NCBI RefSeq assembly: GCF_009914755.1
Contig: NC_060929.1
Reading direction: 5' to 3' (one strand)
Source: the human T2T-CHM13v2.0 reference genome, Homo sapiens
Length of the DNA: 64,000 nt
Shown piece by piece: positions 14,538 through 27,126 of this stretch. Positions within the stretch are counted from its first letter, which is position 1. Each line of letters begins with the position of its first letter. Position numbers and translations under genes: made by a program. Below the pieces are notes generated by a model. That model worked only from the letters and a program-made list of their open reading frames with translations. It was not told the DNA's origin and searched no databases.

Positions 14538-15904
14538 AAAGAACATGTTTTGTATACAGTTCTACTGACCAGATTTGTAATCCCTGAGTCCTGTTCAAAG
14601 CTTGTACATTGTGGGTGCTCATTTGATGTTTGATGAATACATGTATCACTATAATGGAAATTAGAACACTATATTTTTATTTTTGGAAAAAAACTTAGCC
14701 CATCATTTTTCTGTACTTCAGAGTTTTATCATTTGTCCTATAGGAGTTTTTAGCTCTAAATATCATTGGATTTAGGAGGAAACATTATCAAAAGCAGCAC
14801 TCTTCATTAGCCAAGTTAGCAGATTTTTCTCTGAAGATTATATAGAATCTTACAATAAATCCTCAGCTACATTTCAACAAGAGGCAGGGTTTTCTAGGAT
14901 TTTAACCTCTTGGTCTAATCAGTTTTACAAATTGTCAATCTTAAAATCCTTTAGAGCCTCCTAAAAGAGAGGAACCATTTTGTTGGTTATCTGGGAGCTG
15001 GTTGTTTCTTCCACTTCATCTTATGTAGAGTCATGCCCATGCCCAATAAGAAAGGGAACAAAGGCAGGGAAAAGCTGTGAATCTCAACTAATCCAGTGCT
15101 GCATGAGTTGAAACAGTGGATAAAGGATAGAATGGGTTCTGGCACTGCCTAGTAATTTCAGACTTCCTTGCTTTTCTTGTCCTACTTATCATGAAGCATT
15201 AGGAATGAGCCCATCATTGAATTAGATATGCCAAGAACACTATTTTGCTTACCAGCTTCTCTACCTCTCATACCCAAATGGAGTGTGAAGGTAGTGAATT
15301 AAAATTATTTATGCCATGGCCTCATCTATCATGCCTATGTAAATGAGTCCCACATATATGTCTTAAGTTTAGACTCCTCTTCCATGTGCACTGTATCTGA
15401 CTGACTCTTGCCATTTCCACTCAGATGACCCACAAGAATCTCTAATTCAGCATGTCAAAAACTGAATCACCTTCACTTCTAAGCCTACTGCAACTTCTCT
15501 CTTTCCTTGCTCAATTAATAATAGCGTCATTCTCCAAGTGGGACAGGATTAAAAACACAAAGTCATCTTTGACAGCTTATATATCCCATCAACAATCACT
15601 TAGTAAGCCACGTTCATTCTGTCTCTGCTAACTCACTTATGGTAAGATTCATGTTACTCTTTTTAGAGAAACCTCTTCAACTACCGGCAGCCCAGAGCTG
15701 AACACTCATAATGTCAGCCTCAAAAAGGAGAGTCCAGTCTAGTGCCAACAAGACAGAATCACAGCAACAAACTGATCCCATCCAAGTTCTCACTCTGGCT
15801 TTTCACCCCTGACTGTCTTAACTGTCAGCTCTAAGTATCTGTAACAACTCCAAAAAAGGAACTTGTAGACTTTTCAAGAATGAACTCATTATAGATGGTT
15901 GGAA

Positions 15905-15979
15905 ATATATACATATATAATTTATATATATATAAAATATGATTTATATATATATATGATTTTATGTATATATATATGA
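15905..15979. repeat. AT-rich (TA)n low-complexity tract adjoining the Alu tail
   Basis: Direct reading. Confidence 0.85.
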
Positions 15980-16271
15980 TTTTTTTCAGGCAGTGGCTCA
16001 CTCTGTTGCCCAGGCAGGAGTGCAGTGGCACAGTCATGGCTCACTATAACTTCAAACTCTAGGGCTCAAGGGATCCTCCTGTCACAGTCTTCCAAGTAGC
16101 TAGGACTACAGGCACTCACCACAACACTCAGCTTATTTTTTAAAATTTCGTTGTAGAGATGGGGCCTTATCATGTTGCCTAGGCTGGTCTTGAACTCCTG
16201 GCTTCAGGATATCCTCCCATCTTGGCCTCCCAAACTGCTAGGATTACAGACATGAACCACTCTTCCCAGCC
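15980..16271 (-). mobile_element. AluJ (Jo-like)
   Basis: Diverged antisense Alu with ggctcaagggatcctcc and ttgcctaggctggtcttgaactcctggc. Confidence 0.9.
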
Positions 16272-17429
16272 TTTACGATATAAGATTTTAAAGGGATATT
16301 AGAGGAGCCAGAACTGAACACTGGTAGATGGTCTTTGTGTACTGGGCTATCCAGCTTCCTAATTATACAATGTGTTTGGGAGAATTGAAGGGTTATAAAA
16401 CATTTGGGAAACACTAAAAAAGGTACTTAGCCACATTTCTTGAGATATATAGTGCCAGCAAGCAATGTGGACAAAAACTTGAGCCTAATCCACAGTTAGG
16501 GTCAAATATCTAAAGAGGCTCACCTGGGAGCATTTTGCACAGAGGAAGGGAGATGCTGTGGAAAAATGGAAAGGACTGTGTTAGTTGGCCCAAAAGCTTC
16601 GGGCACAGGGACCCCATCTTCATGATGGTCATGAACATCAGAAAGGTATTTCCTACTGGTCTAAAACTGAAAAGCATTGGAGGGCAGAGGAATAAAAGAG
16701 GTTAGCAGTGTCGTGGGCATGCTATTGGCAGCAAATTGTGGGTGGCACAGCAACAGTGGTCAAATAGCAAGGCCTGTATTGGTAAGGCCTGTAGACTCCA
16801 AAAAGATGAGACTGCAGAAGTGGAAGTATGAGCTCCAATTAAATGAGACATCCCCTCTCCTGGAGGGAGAATGAATTTTTAGAGTGAATAATTTTTACAA
16901 AGCTTCTAAATTTGGTTTCCTGAAAATCAAAGCATTGTGCCTCGCAACGCTGAAAGATAATAGGAGTGGCCCGGGGCTTAATAGTTTATGTATTTAAGTA
17001 TAACAAATTATTAAAAGCACTCCTTGGTTACCAATATCTCTTCTGGTTCTCCTTTCTAAAGAAAAATATTGGTCTGGATCCTTCTTTCTAACTTACATGC
17101 AGTCTTTGTCCCCAAATCATCTAAGTCTAGATATCTTGTTTCTTACTCCAGGGACCTTAGTACCTAAGTTTTGTCATTTGCTTATGCACTGGCTCCAGGT
17201 ATTACCTTATGAACTGAGTGCTTCCAATGCATTCAGCAAAATTCAGACTGTGGCTGTGTGATGCTGCCACTCTGTCTCCCTAGACAGGGTGAGCCTATGT
17301 CTGTTTCACGACCCTTTGTGGCCAACTTGTTGCTGGCATAATCAGTGTTCTGGAATATCCTGAGATCTTAGGTGGAGGTTTTCAAACCCTCCTTTGAAGG
17401 AAGTATGGCTTCTTCCTTAATGATGGGGC

Positions 17430-17525
17430 TAATAAAAAATATTAAATATATCATAGTAGTCACAATTTCTTTCTCCATTGTAAAGAAATTGTGACTACTA
17501 TGATATATTTAGTATTTTATTATTA
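17430..17525. repeat. Inverted repeat: perfect 30-bp arms with a 9-nt loop
   Basis: 17443-17472 taaatatatcatagtagtcacaatttcttt is the exact reverse complement of 17482-17511. Confidence 0.97.
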
Positions 17526-18219
17526 ATTACCTATCTTGTAGTCTGTAACTATGTACCAGCTATAATTTCATTCAGATCCTCTTTGCTTCTGGCTAGGATT
17601 CCATATGTGTTTTGTTTTTCCTGAATTAGACTCTAGCCCTATCTCTGAATAGTAACTAGAACTGCATCATTTCTCAAGGCAAGAAGAAACCCCTCTAAAA
17701 ATGAATGAATAAATGGGAAATCAGTCAAATAAAAAAAAAGTTAAGACCTCCAGCAAAAATACTCATAGATGCTCATCAGTGTCCCACCTGACTCCACACA
17801 GTATGGCCCTCTAGGATTTCATGTTTGCATATAACCTTTGGGTGAGAGAATGATCTGCTGCTAGGTAGATATGATTGGTTAAAATTAATACTTGTATATG
17901 TATTTCCCTACTATTACTTTAGTTTCTTTTATTAAAACTTGTAAAAGTCTTCTAATTTGGCTTCTGTATTTCTGAGCATTTCCTTTCTTAACCAGAGTTC
18001 TTCATCTGAATATGACTTAAGTAACTATTTTCTTAGTTCTCCTAAGCATGGTTCCTAACTACAGTAGCACCATTCTAGATGCACAGGGAACAAGTTAATT
18101 TATTATGTAAAATATATACTTTGAAAGCATTAAGGCTTAATTCTTAGTTGAAAAAAAAAAGTAGGGTTGGGATGGAAACTCTATGTTAATCTTCTTAGAT
18201 TACTCTTTTGTTCATGTTT

Positions 18220-18755
18220 CACATCATCAGCCTGCACAGAATCTACCAGTGGCTCCCTGGTACCTATACAATTAGGTTTAAACCCTTAGCATGTAGAGCT
18301 CCCTATAATCTGGACTCAACCTACACTGTATCTCTTCTCTCTCTTTATCTGGGCCACTGGGCTTCACTCTAGTTCTCCATCCCACCCTGAACCAAACCAG
18401 AATGTACTCTTCCAACTTCCTCCTCCCTCTCCACTACCCCAGTCCCTGACTTTCATCTCTGTATGTCTCATTTTACTCATTTTTCAAGGTCAAGCTTAGA
18501 TTTTATATTCTACATAAATTTTTTTTTGATTCTCCCTTCTACCGAATCTCTACCACATTTTACTTTTTAAAAATTTTTGTAATACTTTTCACTATCTTTT
18601 GAGTGCATATCTTATCAACTGCTCCAGCCTGAAAGTCCTCTGAGTAAAACTGTGTTTTACGTGTATTTGCATCCTCTTTTACCCCTTATCCCCATGACTA
18701 AAAGATGTAAGGTCAATAAAGCTTTGGAGAGAGAAAGAATGAATGAATGAATGGG
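18220..18755 (+). mobile_element. L2 3' fragment
   Basis: ccagtggctccctgg body and (tgaa)n tail at about 18737-18752. Confidence 0.6.
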
Positions 18756-20812
18756 AAGCGGAATACATTGGCACTTGTCTACTGGTATACCACAGGTTCA
18801 GACTTCAACAGGTTAAGCAGGCGAGGCTTGGAAGAGAAAGCATCCTTGACATAAGTGAGCTTTCTCTCTCTACATGCTTGTGTGTTACATGACATGGTAT
18901 GATGCCTTGAACTCCCGTCAAAAATCTACATGCCCCCCTACTTCCTCTAAGAGCCTTAAACCAAATCTTTTCTCTTAGGTTGTCCTCCAGAATTTCTCAC
19001 CGCATGCTTTAACACCTTGTACACAGTATTTAAGTAGTATCTCCAAATGTGAATACTCATTATGCCCACCGTTATATATATAATTACTCATCTTTGACAG
19101 TAAATGTTAAATATTTATTCCTATACTTAAACATAATGCACAGGATTCCTTTTTAGTGACTGCTAATGAGTTACTTTTTTCTAAATCAGCCGAAACATGA
19201 AAATTAAGCATTTTTTTCTGCTCAGAAATAATTTCAATGATAATAGTGTTAAAACTTTGCATTTCTAAAGTACACTGTATTTGAGAATTCTACAGAATTG
19301 TTGGAACATAAGTCATGCAAAGGTATGAATCAGTCAGCACTTCAGTAGGAATATTAGCTTTACACCCAGAAAGCACTTAACAGCCTTTGCCACCTGAAAA
19401 AAAGATAGGATAAGAATAATTTCTCAAGAGCCAGGATCTAGGACCACATTTACCTTTCAGATTTAAAATATGAAGGCTTTTCGTTTTCACAGTCTTTGAT
19501 TGTACTATGTCCCATAATGTTATTTTTTTTTTAATTGCTTCTATTCTTTCCTGGTAGGAGACTACCATGTAACCCCTTTTGATTTCCGAGAGATGTGGAA
19601 TGCAGATCTGTAACACTGCATTTTCATAACTCTTCCTTTTTGCTTTGGATATATTTTTGTCATTAATGTAGTACTGGCAGGTCTGAATGTGTTTTCCTAA
19701 CCTTATTCCATCCTCCCTTTGCTAGGAGTTAATTTAGTGAGAGCTCAACCCACATAAATATACGCTTATAAAGCACAAATGCTCCCCAATCATAAAGAAA
19801 ATGCCCCATGAGATACTGATCAAGGGACATTTTTTTAGATTAAAGGCTAAAAGATATCTTTACATCAAGCTCAGCTGAGTAAAACGTTTATTTTCTTATT
19901 CATGTATGGTGAGAAAATTTAAATTGACATTTCAATCATTCAAAATAATGAATATCTGAAGTGCAGGAATAAAGACAACATGTGTGTATCATTTAGAACA
20001 GAAAGCTTTTCCTCTGTACCTGGTAAACCAAAAATAGATTGTATTTTCTTCCAAAGAATTATAATCTTTTATTAGGATATATTCTAGGTAAGTAATTTGT
20101 GTTTCTGCTGAAGGGGACATGACACAGAAAACCATTATTTGTATTTTAAGTAGTTGTCTCACAAAGTACCGAGGGAGCAAAGACCAAGTATTTTCCATAT
20201 AGTACTTGCTCTGGATCAAATACTTTTAAAGTAAATGCACTAATAAGCTTGGATCCCATGAAGGTGCTTATCCTACAGGCAGTTTTGGGCACATGGCCAG
20301 TCGTGACCTGAGAATGCACTGAGGTATTAAACATCAAACATTCTCCCTTCTTCTTTCCTTCCCCTTTATCCACAAACAACATTGTTTTTAAGATTTCCTG
20401 AGCAAACCAGGAACCTTGAGAAGTTATTGTTTTTGACTTAAATGTTGGCTGACTTAAATTGTTTCATGGTAAACAAGCATTTTCATGCCCCTATAACCAT
20501 ATAAAAGTCCGTTGGGAGACCCAGAAGTTGAAATGTTAACTATATTCTGTTGTGAGCCAGGAATCTGTGGGTAAGCATATGGGAAGGCACTTTTATTAGC
20601 AGCCCTGGTATATTGTGCCTGTTTCTCATCCTGAGATAAGGGATGAAGGATGCATAGAATCCAGAGTGATATTCTTGATTGGTTGAAGGCCCACCTTCCC
20701 CTCTCCTGTTTGAAAACATGGCTTAAAAATAAATGGGTCAGAAAGCCTCACCCAATGAAAAGTGAGGAATATAATATATAGTCCTCCACATTTTCATTTT
20801 GGAGACCCTGGG

Positions 20813-21128
20813 TGTATTAGTCTGTTCTCATGCTGCTAATACATACCTGAGACTGGGTAATTTATAAAGGAAAGAGGTTTAATTGACTCACAGTTCCACA
20901 TGGCTGGGAAGGCCTCACAATCATGGCGGAAGACGAATGAGAAGCAAAGTCAGAACTCCCCTTTGTAAAACCATCAGATCTTGTGAGACATATTCATTAT
21001 CACAAGAACAACATGGGAAAGATCCACGCCCATGGATCTTTACCTCCTATGGGTCCCTCCTATGACACGTGGAAATTGTGGAAGCTACAAATCAAGATGA
21101 GATTTGGGAACACAGCCAAGCCATATCA
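20813..21128 (-). mobile_element. THE1 (C-like) solo LTR with internal deletions
   Basis: tgtattagtctgttctcatgctgcta...acagccaagccatatca; TSD ctggg/ctcgg. Confidence 0.92.
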
Positions 21129-21602
21129 CTCGGTTTACATGTATTGCTGCTTTTTCATTAAAGAAAAAAATGGGTTACAAGCCAACTAATAACCAATAAA
21201 TGACTTGCTCTTATTACCAAATATGTTTCCTAAGTAGGGAATGCTGGAAGGGAGGGAGGAGTCAAAAAGACTAAAGGGTAAGTGTAAAGAAAGAGAAATC
21301 ATCTACCTTTGCTCTTCTTCCCACGACCTCATCACCATGCTTGAAAAGAGTCAATGAGCTTTTCAGGATCATTAGCATACTTCCATAGGCTGTGTGAGAT
21401 GCAGGTCTAAGAGCAGACCTCAGCTCTAAAGGAAAGCACAGCATTATCTATCTCACCCACACAGTCAAAGCATTGTCTCCTTATGGCTTATCCATGTGTC
21501 TGGTGTGTATCCCACAGGAAAGCAGTGGAGAAGGTAAGGATGAAAAGCTAAACTCAACATCATGCAGCAGTTGTGGTAGGCTGGATTTTACACCTGGGAA
21601 CA

Positions 21603-21715
21603 AGGGTGCCTAACTGTCCCAGTTTGCACAGGACTGAGGGAAATTTCTAAGACACAGCATTTTATAGTTTTAAAACCAGAACATTCCTGACCAAACCCAG
21701 ACAATTGGTCATTCT
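21603..21715. mobile_element. MER81-like hAT MITE
   Basis: agggtgcctaactgtcccagtttg...caaacccagacaattggtcattct imperfect terminal inverted repeats (TIRs). Confidence 0.7.
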
Positions 21716-21759
21716 GAAAACCTAGGATTTAGGTTCTCTTCATCATTGAAGTCTTCTAG

Positions 21760-22218
21760 AACCCATACTTTCAAAATTATCTGCATGATGGAAACGTCTA
21801 CGGCATTTTAAAAGCAACTGATGTGGGTGTCCCACCCCCCATAAAATCTGACTTCATTGGTCTGGGATGCAGCCTGGCCCTTGGGAGTTCTTAAAGCTCC
21901 TCAAGATCCCCAGCTAATTGTAATGTGCAGGACAGATTGGCAACCCCTGCACTAAGTGATTTTGCTAAATTATTTAACCTCTCTGAGCCTATTTTTCTTT
22001 TGGTAAAAATTTGCCCTACTTCTTTGCATATTACTTCTGTACAAATATTCAAGCTTCTACTATTTGGAATGTTCTGAATCAGTGCATAGGAATCAATCAC
22101 CTAAGGATCTTGTTCAGTGAAGATGCTGATTCAGTAGGTATGAGAGGAGGCTAGAGAACTCACATTTCTAACAAGATCCCAAGTGATGCTGTTGCTGTTG
22201 GTCCAGTGTGTAATTGAG
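21760..22218. mobile_element. MER5-family hAT fragments (two copies)
   Basis: tctgacttcattggtctgggatgcagcctgg and atgctgattcagtaggt...acatttctaacaag motifs. Confidence 0.7.
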
Positions 22219-22220
22219 TT

Positions 22221-22743
22221 TGTGGTAGGCAAAATAATGCCTCCCCACAAGGTGTTCACATCCTAATCTCTAGGATCTGTGAATGTGTTATGTTATTTGA
22301 AAAGGGGGATTAAGGTTGCAGATGGAATTACAGTTGCTAATCAGCTGACTTCAAAATAGATCAACTGACTTCAAAATAGATTACCCTGGATTATTCAGGT
22401 AAATCTAATATGATCACAAGGGTCCGTGAAGCAGGGGAAATGATGTAGAATAATCAGTTTCAGAGTGCTGCAATACGAGGAAGCCAGCCATTGCTGGCTT
22501 TGAAGATAGAAGGGAACCCAGAGGTAAGAAATTTGTGAAGCTTCTAGATGCTGGAAATTGCAAAGAAACAGATTTTCTCCTAGAGCCTCCAGAAAGGAAC
22601 TTGGCCCTGCTAAGGACACACTGATGTTTGCCCAGTGAAGCTTCTGTCAGACTTTTAGACCTACAGAACTGTAAGATAATAGACTTGCAACATTTCAAGG
22701 TCTTTATTGTTATTTGGAACAGCAGCAATAGGAAAGTAATACA
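22221..22743 (+). mobile_element. MLT1D-like MaLR solo LTR with an internal 20-bp tandem duplication
   Basis: tgtggtaggcaaaataatg start, agcagcaataggaaagtaataca end; tcaRctgacttcaaaataga twice at 22341-22380. Confidence 0.85.
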
Positions 22744-23244
22744 AGTATGATATTAATCCACAACTCAGGAGAGCAGTAAACACAGTTTCATTGTTCATTA
22801 AGCCAGTTTCTCACTCTGAGTCATTCTCCCAGACCTGAACCTCAGCCCTTCCTGGGGTTTTGAAACTCCACCACCCCTACCTTCAAATTTGGCTATAGTT
22901 CTTGAGTCCAGCGTTTAGGGATGCATTGGAGGCAGCTGGCTGGTCCATCATCCTTTTCCCCAGTGGCACACTTATAGGTGCAATCTTGGTGGGGGGCTGC
23001 CTGTGGTGGAACAGGCGACTCCAGACAGACAGGAGGGACGCACAGTTCCCTCCCACTCTCTTTCCTTGGCCTCTCCTCCCCGCCCCTTCAGCACAGCCCA
23101 GGAGAATGTGGCTTGTCTCAGCTCTTCTCCTGCCCTGGTTCTTCCATGCTCTGTGTATATCTCTATGAATTCTCTAAATTATCCCAAATGTTTGAGCTTT
23201 GGAAAACAAAGTTCAGGAAAATGTGCAGGTTATTTTTATTTTCT

Positions 23245-23875
23245 TTCGGACCGCACGGCTTGCCTGAGACACTGAGCCCAGCTGGCTCCACCGCAAAGTA
23301 GGGGAAAAAGGGAACAGACCCAATCTAGGAAGTAAAGAACATGATTCAGTTTGTCAAAAAAAAAAATCTACTTATGTGTGAGAAGTGAGCACAATTAAGT
23401 TTCTTTTATACGCCCCCTCACCCCCCGCCAGCCCCCCGCATAGGAAAGTTCCTACTGCGGTACATGTGCCGCATCTGCCCAGCGCGTCCAGAAGTAGAAA
23501 GGCATCGGGCTTCCTAAGGATATCCGCGGCCAGTTGAAAGGAGCACAAGAGGCTCCGAGATAAGACGACCAGGGCCAGAAAGTTCAATGCATCATTTCAA
23601 GATTCGATGTCTTGGAAACTAGACTCCTTCTCAGATCTTAAAGGTGAAATGAGTGGCCACTACTGGCAGCCCCACAACAGCACGCATTGGGCAACAGGCC
23701 TGAGCCCCACACATCTCCGGATGATACACACCTGCCCCATGGGAAGCCCCGGGAGCTCAGAGCTGAAAATAGTTTTGCGTGGAGCTGCCGCTAGGCTGGC
23801 TTCCTTTCTGAACCTGACCACGGAGTTCCTTACGATTTCCACGGCAAAGAAATACTCTCTATGTAAATTGTAAGC
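23245..23875. promoter_or_regulatory. CpG-retaining non-repetitive patch, candidate intronic promoter or enhancer
   Basis: About 25 CpGs in about 600 bp by hand count, against sparse CpGs in the flanking DNA; C-run cluster at 23413-23437; no recognisable repeat. Confidence 0.55.
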
Positions 23876-26049
23876 ATTTTCTCTGTAGATTTCAGTTGTC
23901 GATGACTACCTCATAAGTTGTAATAAAATCCAGTTTTATTAAGAGATTGAGACTCAAGAAATCTCTTGAGAAGAACATACAGAAAAATGTTAAGGGATTA
24001 ATTTGGGAGTAGAATTGTGGGTAATTTTTTTCTTTATGTTTTTCTGTATTTTCTCACTTTCTAGAAGAATGTGTTTTGTCTATATACTTTGAAAAATAAG
24101 TTTTTAATTACTTAAGAAGAATTATGGAGAGTTTACGCTCTTTGGCTTGAATTGGAGAGGGTAACAGTTTGGAGAAGGCTATTTCCCCTACATACAGACC
24201 TTAGAGAGATATATCTGCCAGCCTCACTGGGCTGGGACTAGAATCACCTTTAGATACCATGAATAATAAGCACAGTAAAAGTAACACTAATGACACCAGA
24301 TGATGTCTGTGTTCTTTGGTGTGCACGGTCCCATTTGCATCTAAGGACTGTGGAGAGCTCTGTGCCTAGGTCGGCGGGAATGACACCCTCATTCTTCAGG
24401 TTCTGACGTTCAAGTCAGTGCTGTTAGATTCTCAGCTGTCCTAACTCCTTTTCCTGGGTGCGGAACACTCCCCTCCCTCCACTGTTGTTGGCTAGGGATT
24501 CCAAACTAAACAGACATCAAGACTTTTCTTTTTTTCAAGAATAGGTGCTGCAGATAAAGCCCAAAATACAGAGAAAACCTTACCACAGAAATGCAGGTTG
24601 GAGGAACAGAGAGCGAGAGGGCAGGTGCAGTTCTTGCCTGCCTTCTGCCAGGCCCATGTCACCAGTTCACTGTTTATTTCTTCACCAAGCCTGCTATTAG
24701 CAGTAGGTCTGAAAGCTTTGAACTTAACTGATGTACATAAAGCAAGCTGTTCATTTAATCTGCACACTTAATTCAGCTCTCTCTGCATGCTGCTTCAGTC
24801 TGGCTTCTTTCCATATAAGGAGTTCACCGTATCTTTCTGCAGCACCCCTACCTCTGTCTTGAAAAACAGCCAAAGATGGCTTTGTGTTTAATGCACTTGC
24901 TGTAGGCTGAAAGCCCCAGCTGCACTGCCACCACCTTGACCCCTACTCCTGCCAGGTAAGTCCTGTGTGGTCCATTTCCATCTCATCCTCAAATGAGAAC
25001 CTGCTGAATTCTATTATTTTGAGACTTTTTTATGTAAATGAAGGGAAAGAAAGTCAGTTTTAATTTTGCCTGTCTGATAGATTATATCAGAAACAAATGC
25101 ATTTATGTGTGTATAATTTCCTGTTCATGAAAATGTTGCTGGACCCTGCTTTAGTGCACCTTAAGGCAGATTTGGTGAAAGCTTTAGGCACACTTCTGAG
25201 TAAAATATGCATTTCAAATGCACTAATAAAGTGTGTAGAATTGAACAGTGGGTGGGAGAGAAAGGAGGGACATTTTCTCACTTGTGTATAATGTTCTTTT
25301 CTAAGTAAATACTGGTAAAGTCTATGTATAATCACAATTTTATTGAAAGGTTAAGTAGGTGGCTCCATTTTGTTGTTATCATAAATAAGCAATATTTGCT
25401 ACAGAAATCTCACATTTTGGATAATGGTATGTAAATATATCATATTCCTTCTTTCCTAAGTGGTTTCCATGGCTTAATGCCTGTCAAGGTTTTGTGAAAT
25501 ATCTGCAAAACCAGATGATACCACTCAGACGAAGGGAAGAGTGAGGAGATTTAAAAATAGAGGCTAGCTTTAGGAGTCTATGCTAAGGAACATGGGCACG
25601 TGAATCTGGGAATGGGGGTGCATGCGTGCATGCAGCCAGGGGAAAGAAATAGTCATTAAAAGGCATGAGAGAAGGAAAATGCATTATAAATACAAAATTG
25701 GGAAAATAAAATTTAGATGCTAAGCCAGGCCTTGGTGGGGAGAAAAATGGAACCACTCTTATTTGGTTATGCCTTATCACCGCTGTTCTGCTTGGGGTAC
25801 CAGCTGCCTCATTTAGAGCCCGTTCTTCTCACAACATTAACCAAGGTGAAAATATTATTAAACCCTGACAGTGAATGACAGAAGCTTGAGATATAGTGCG
25901 TATATCTACTCAGGCATGGCTGTAGACCCCAAACCAGATACCCTTAAGCCTATTATCCGCAGAATAACAGACATTTGCTCCTATCATTATACATGTGAAC
26001 TGTGTACCTTATTTCAACAGTTATTATCAGTATATTAAACAGCTACAAA

Positions 26050-26265
26050 ATAGCTGGCCCTGTGTTTTCTGTTTTATTGGAAGTATCTCATTTATCTAGA
26101 GTCTTCTGAAAGTCAATACTATTCCCATTTTTACAAATAAGAAAAATGTTAGGGCTCAAGGAAGTTAAGTATCTCAGCCAGGGCCACACAGTTAATGAGT
26201 GGAGGAGACAGGATTTGAACTCAGATCCATATACCTGGGAAAGTTTATGTTCTTTCCACTTTTAA
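26050..26265 (-). mobile_element. MIR
   Basis: attcccatttttacaaataagaaa, gaagttaagt, ggccacacagttaatgagtgg, ggatttgaactcag. Confidence 0.8.
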
Positions 26266-26454
26266 GCAGCCTCTTTATTTAATTGGAAAAATTCATAGAA
26301 TTATAAGATAGGAATAAGTGAGAAAAGGAACATACAAATAAAACCATTTTCTTGGGAATATTGGAACCACAGCTTAAGTAAATAATTCTATCCTGAAGTG
26401 TTTTGATTTGTTGGCTGAATTTTCCAGTAGTTGAAACATTAGCCAGACACACCA

Positions 26455-26620
26455 GGGCATTATTTCTCTATGTTGGTTGCACATTTTACCAACCTGAAGA
26501 GCTTTAAAAAATAGTTACGTCTAATCTCCACTCCCAGAGCTTCTGATTAAATTGGTCTGAGATGTGGCTTGGACATTATGGGTTTTAAAAGCTCCCCAGG
26601 TGATCCTAATATGTAGCCAA
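26455..26620. mobile_element. MER5A1-like
   Basis: ttctgattaaattggtctgagatgtggc and ttttaaaagctccccaggtgatcctaatatgtagcca. Confidence 0.75.
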
Positions 26621-26874
26621 ATAAGTATTTTCCCCTTAACGGCCTCTCCTAAAGTCTAGACCCATTAATTCAGCTAACTCTTAGCTATCTCTGCTTTAAT
26701 ATCCCATAGGCATCTCAAACTCAGCATGTCCAAAATAGGGCTTTACATCTTTTCACTTAAACCTGACCCTCATCTTCCTATATGATATTTTTTAATGCCA
26801 AACACTATCACTAGACTTATTATTCTAAGTTAGTCATATTTTTATCTGAGTTCTGAAATTAAAATAGGCATGCC

Positions 26875-26894
26875 TGACCACTAGATGGCTGCTA
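26875..26894 (+). promoter_or_regulatory. CTCF core motif candidate
   Basis: TGACCACTAGATGGCTGCTA matches the CCASYAGRKGGC core exactly. Motif only; binding not shown. Confidence 0.5.
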
Positions 26895-27126
26895 TATAAA
26901 TTCATAAATATTTGCATCTGTGGGATTTCAAAAGAGTAGCAAATTCAAACCCTGATTAGTTTTAGAAATGTTGTAATAGCTCCCTCCTGAATGCCAAAGG
27001 AAGACAATGCTCAAATTAAATGCTCTACATCAGGAAGTTAATTTAAATGAGCATGTGAGCCTTATTGTCCATAAGAAAGTGAGTGTGGAGCATTTAAACC
27101 CGCAAGGAATGCCAGGTTCCACAGGG

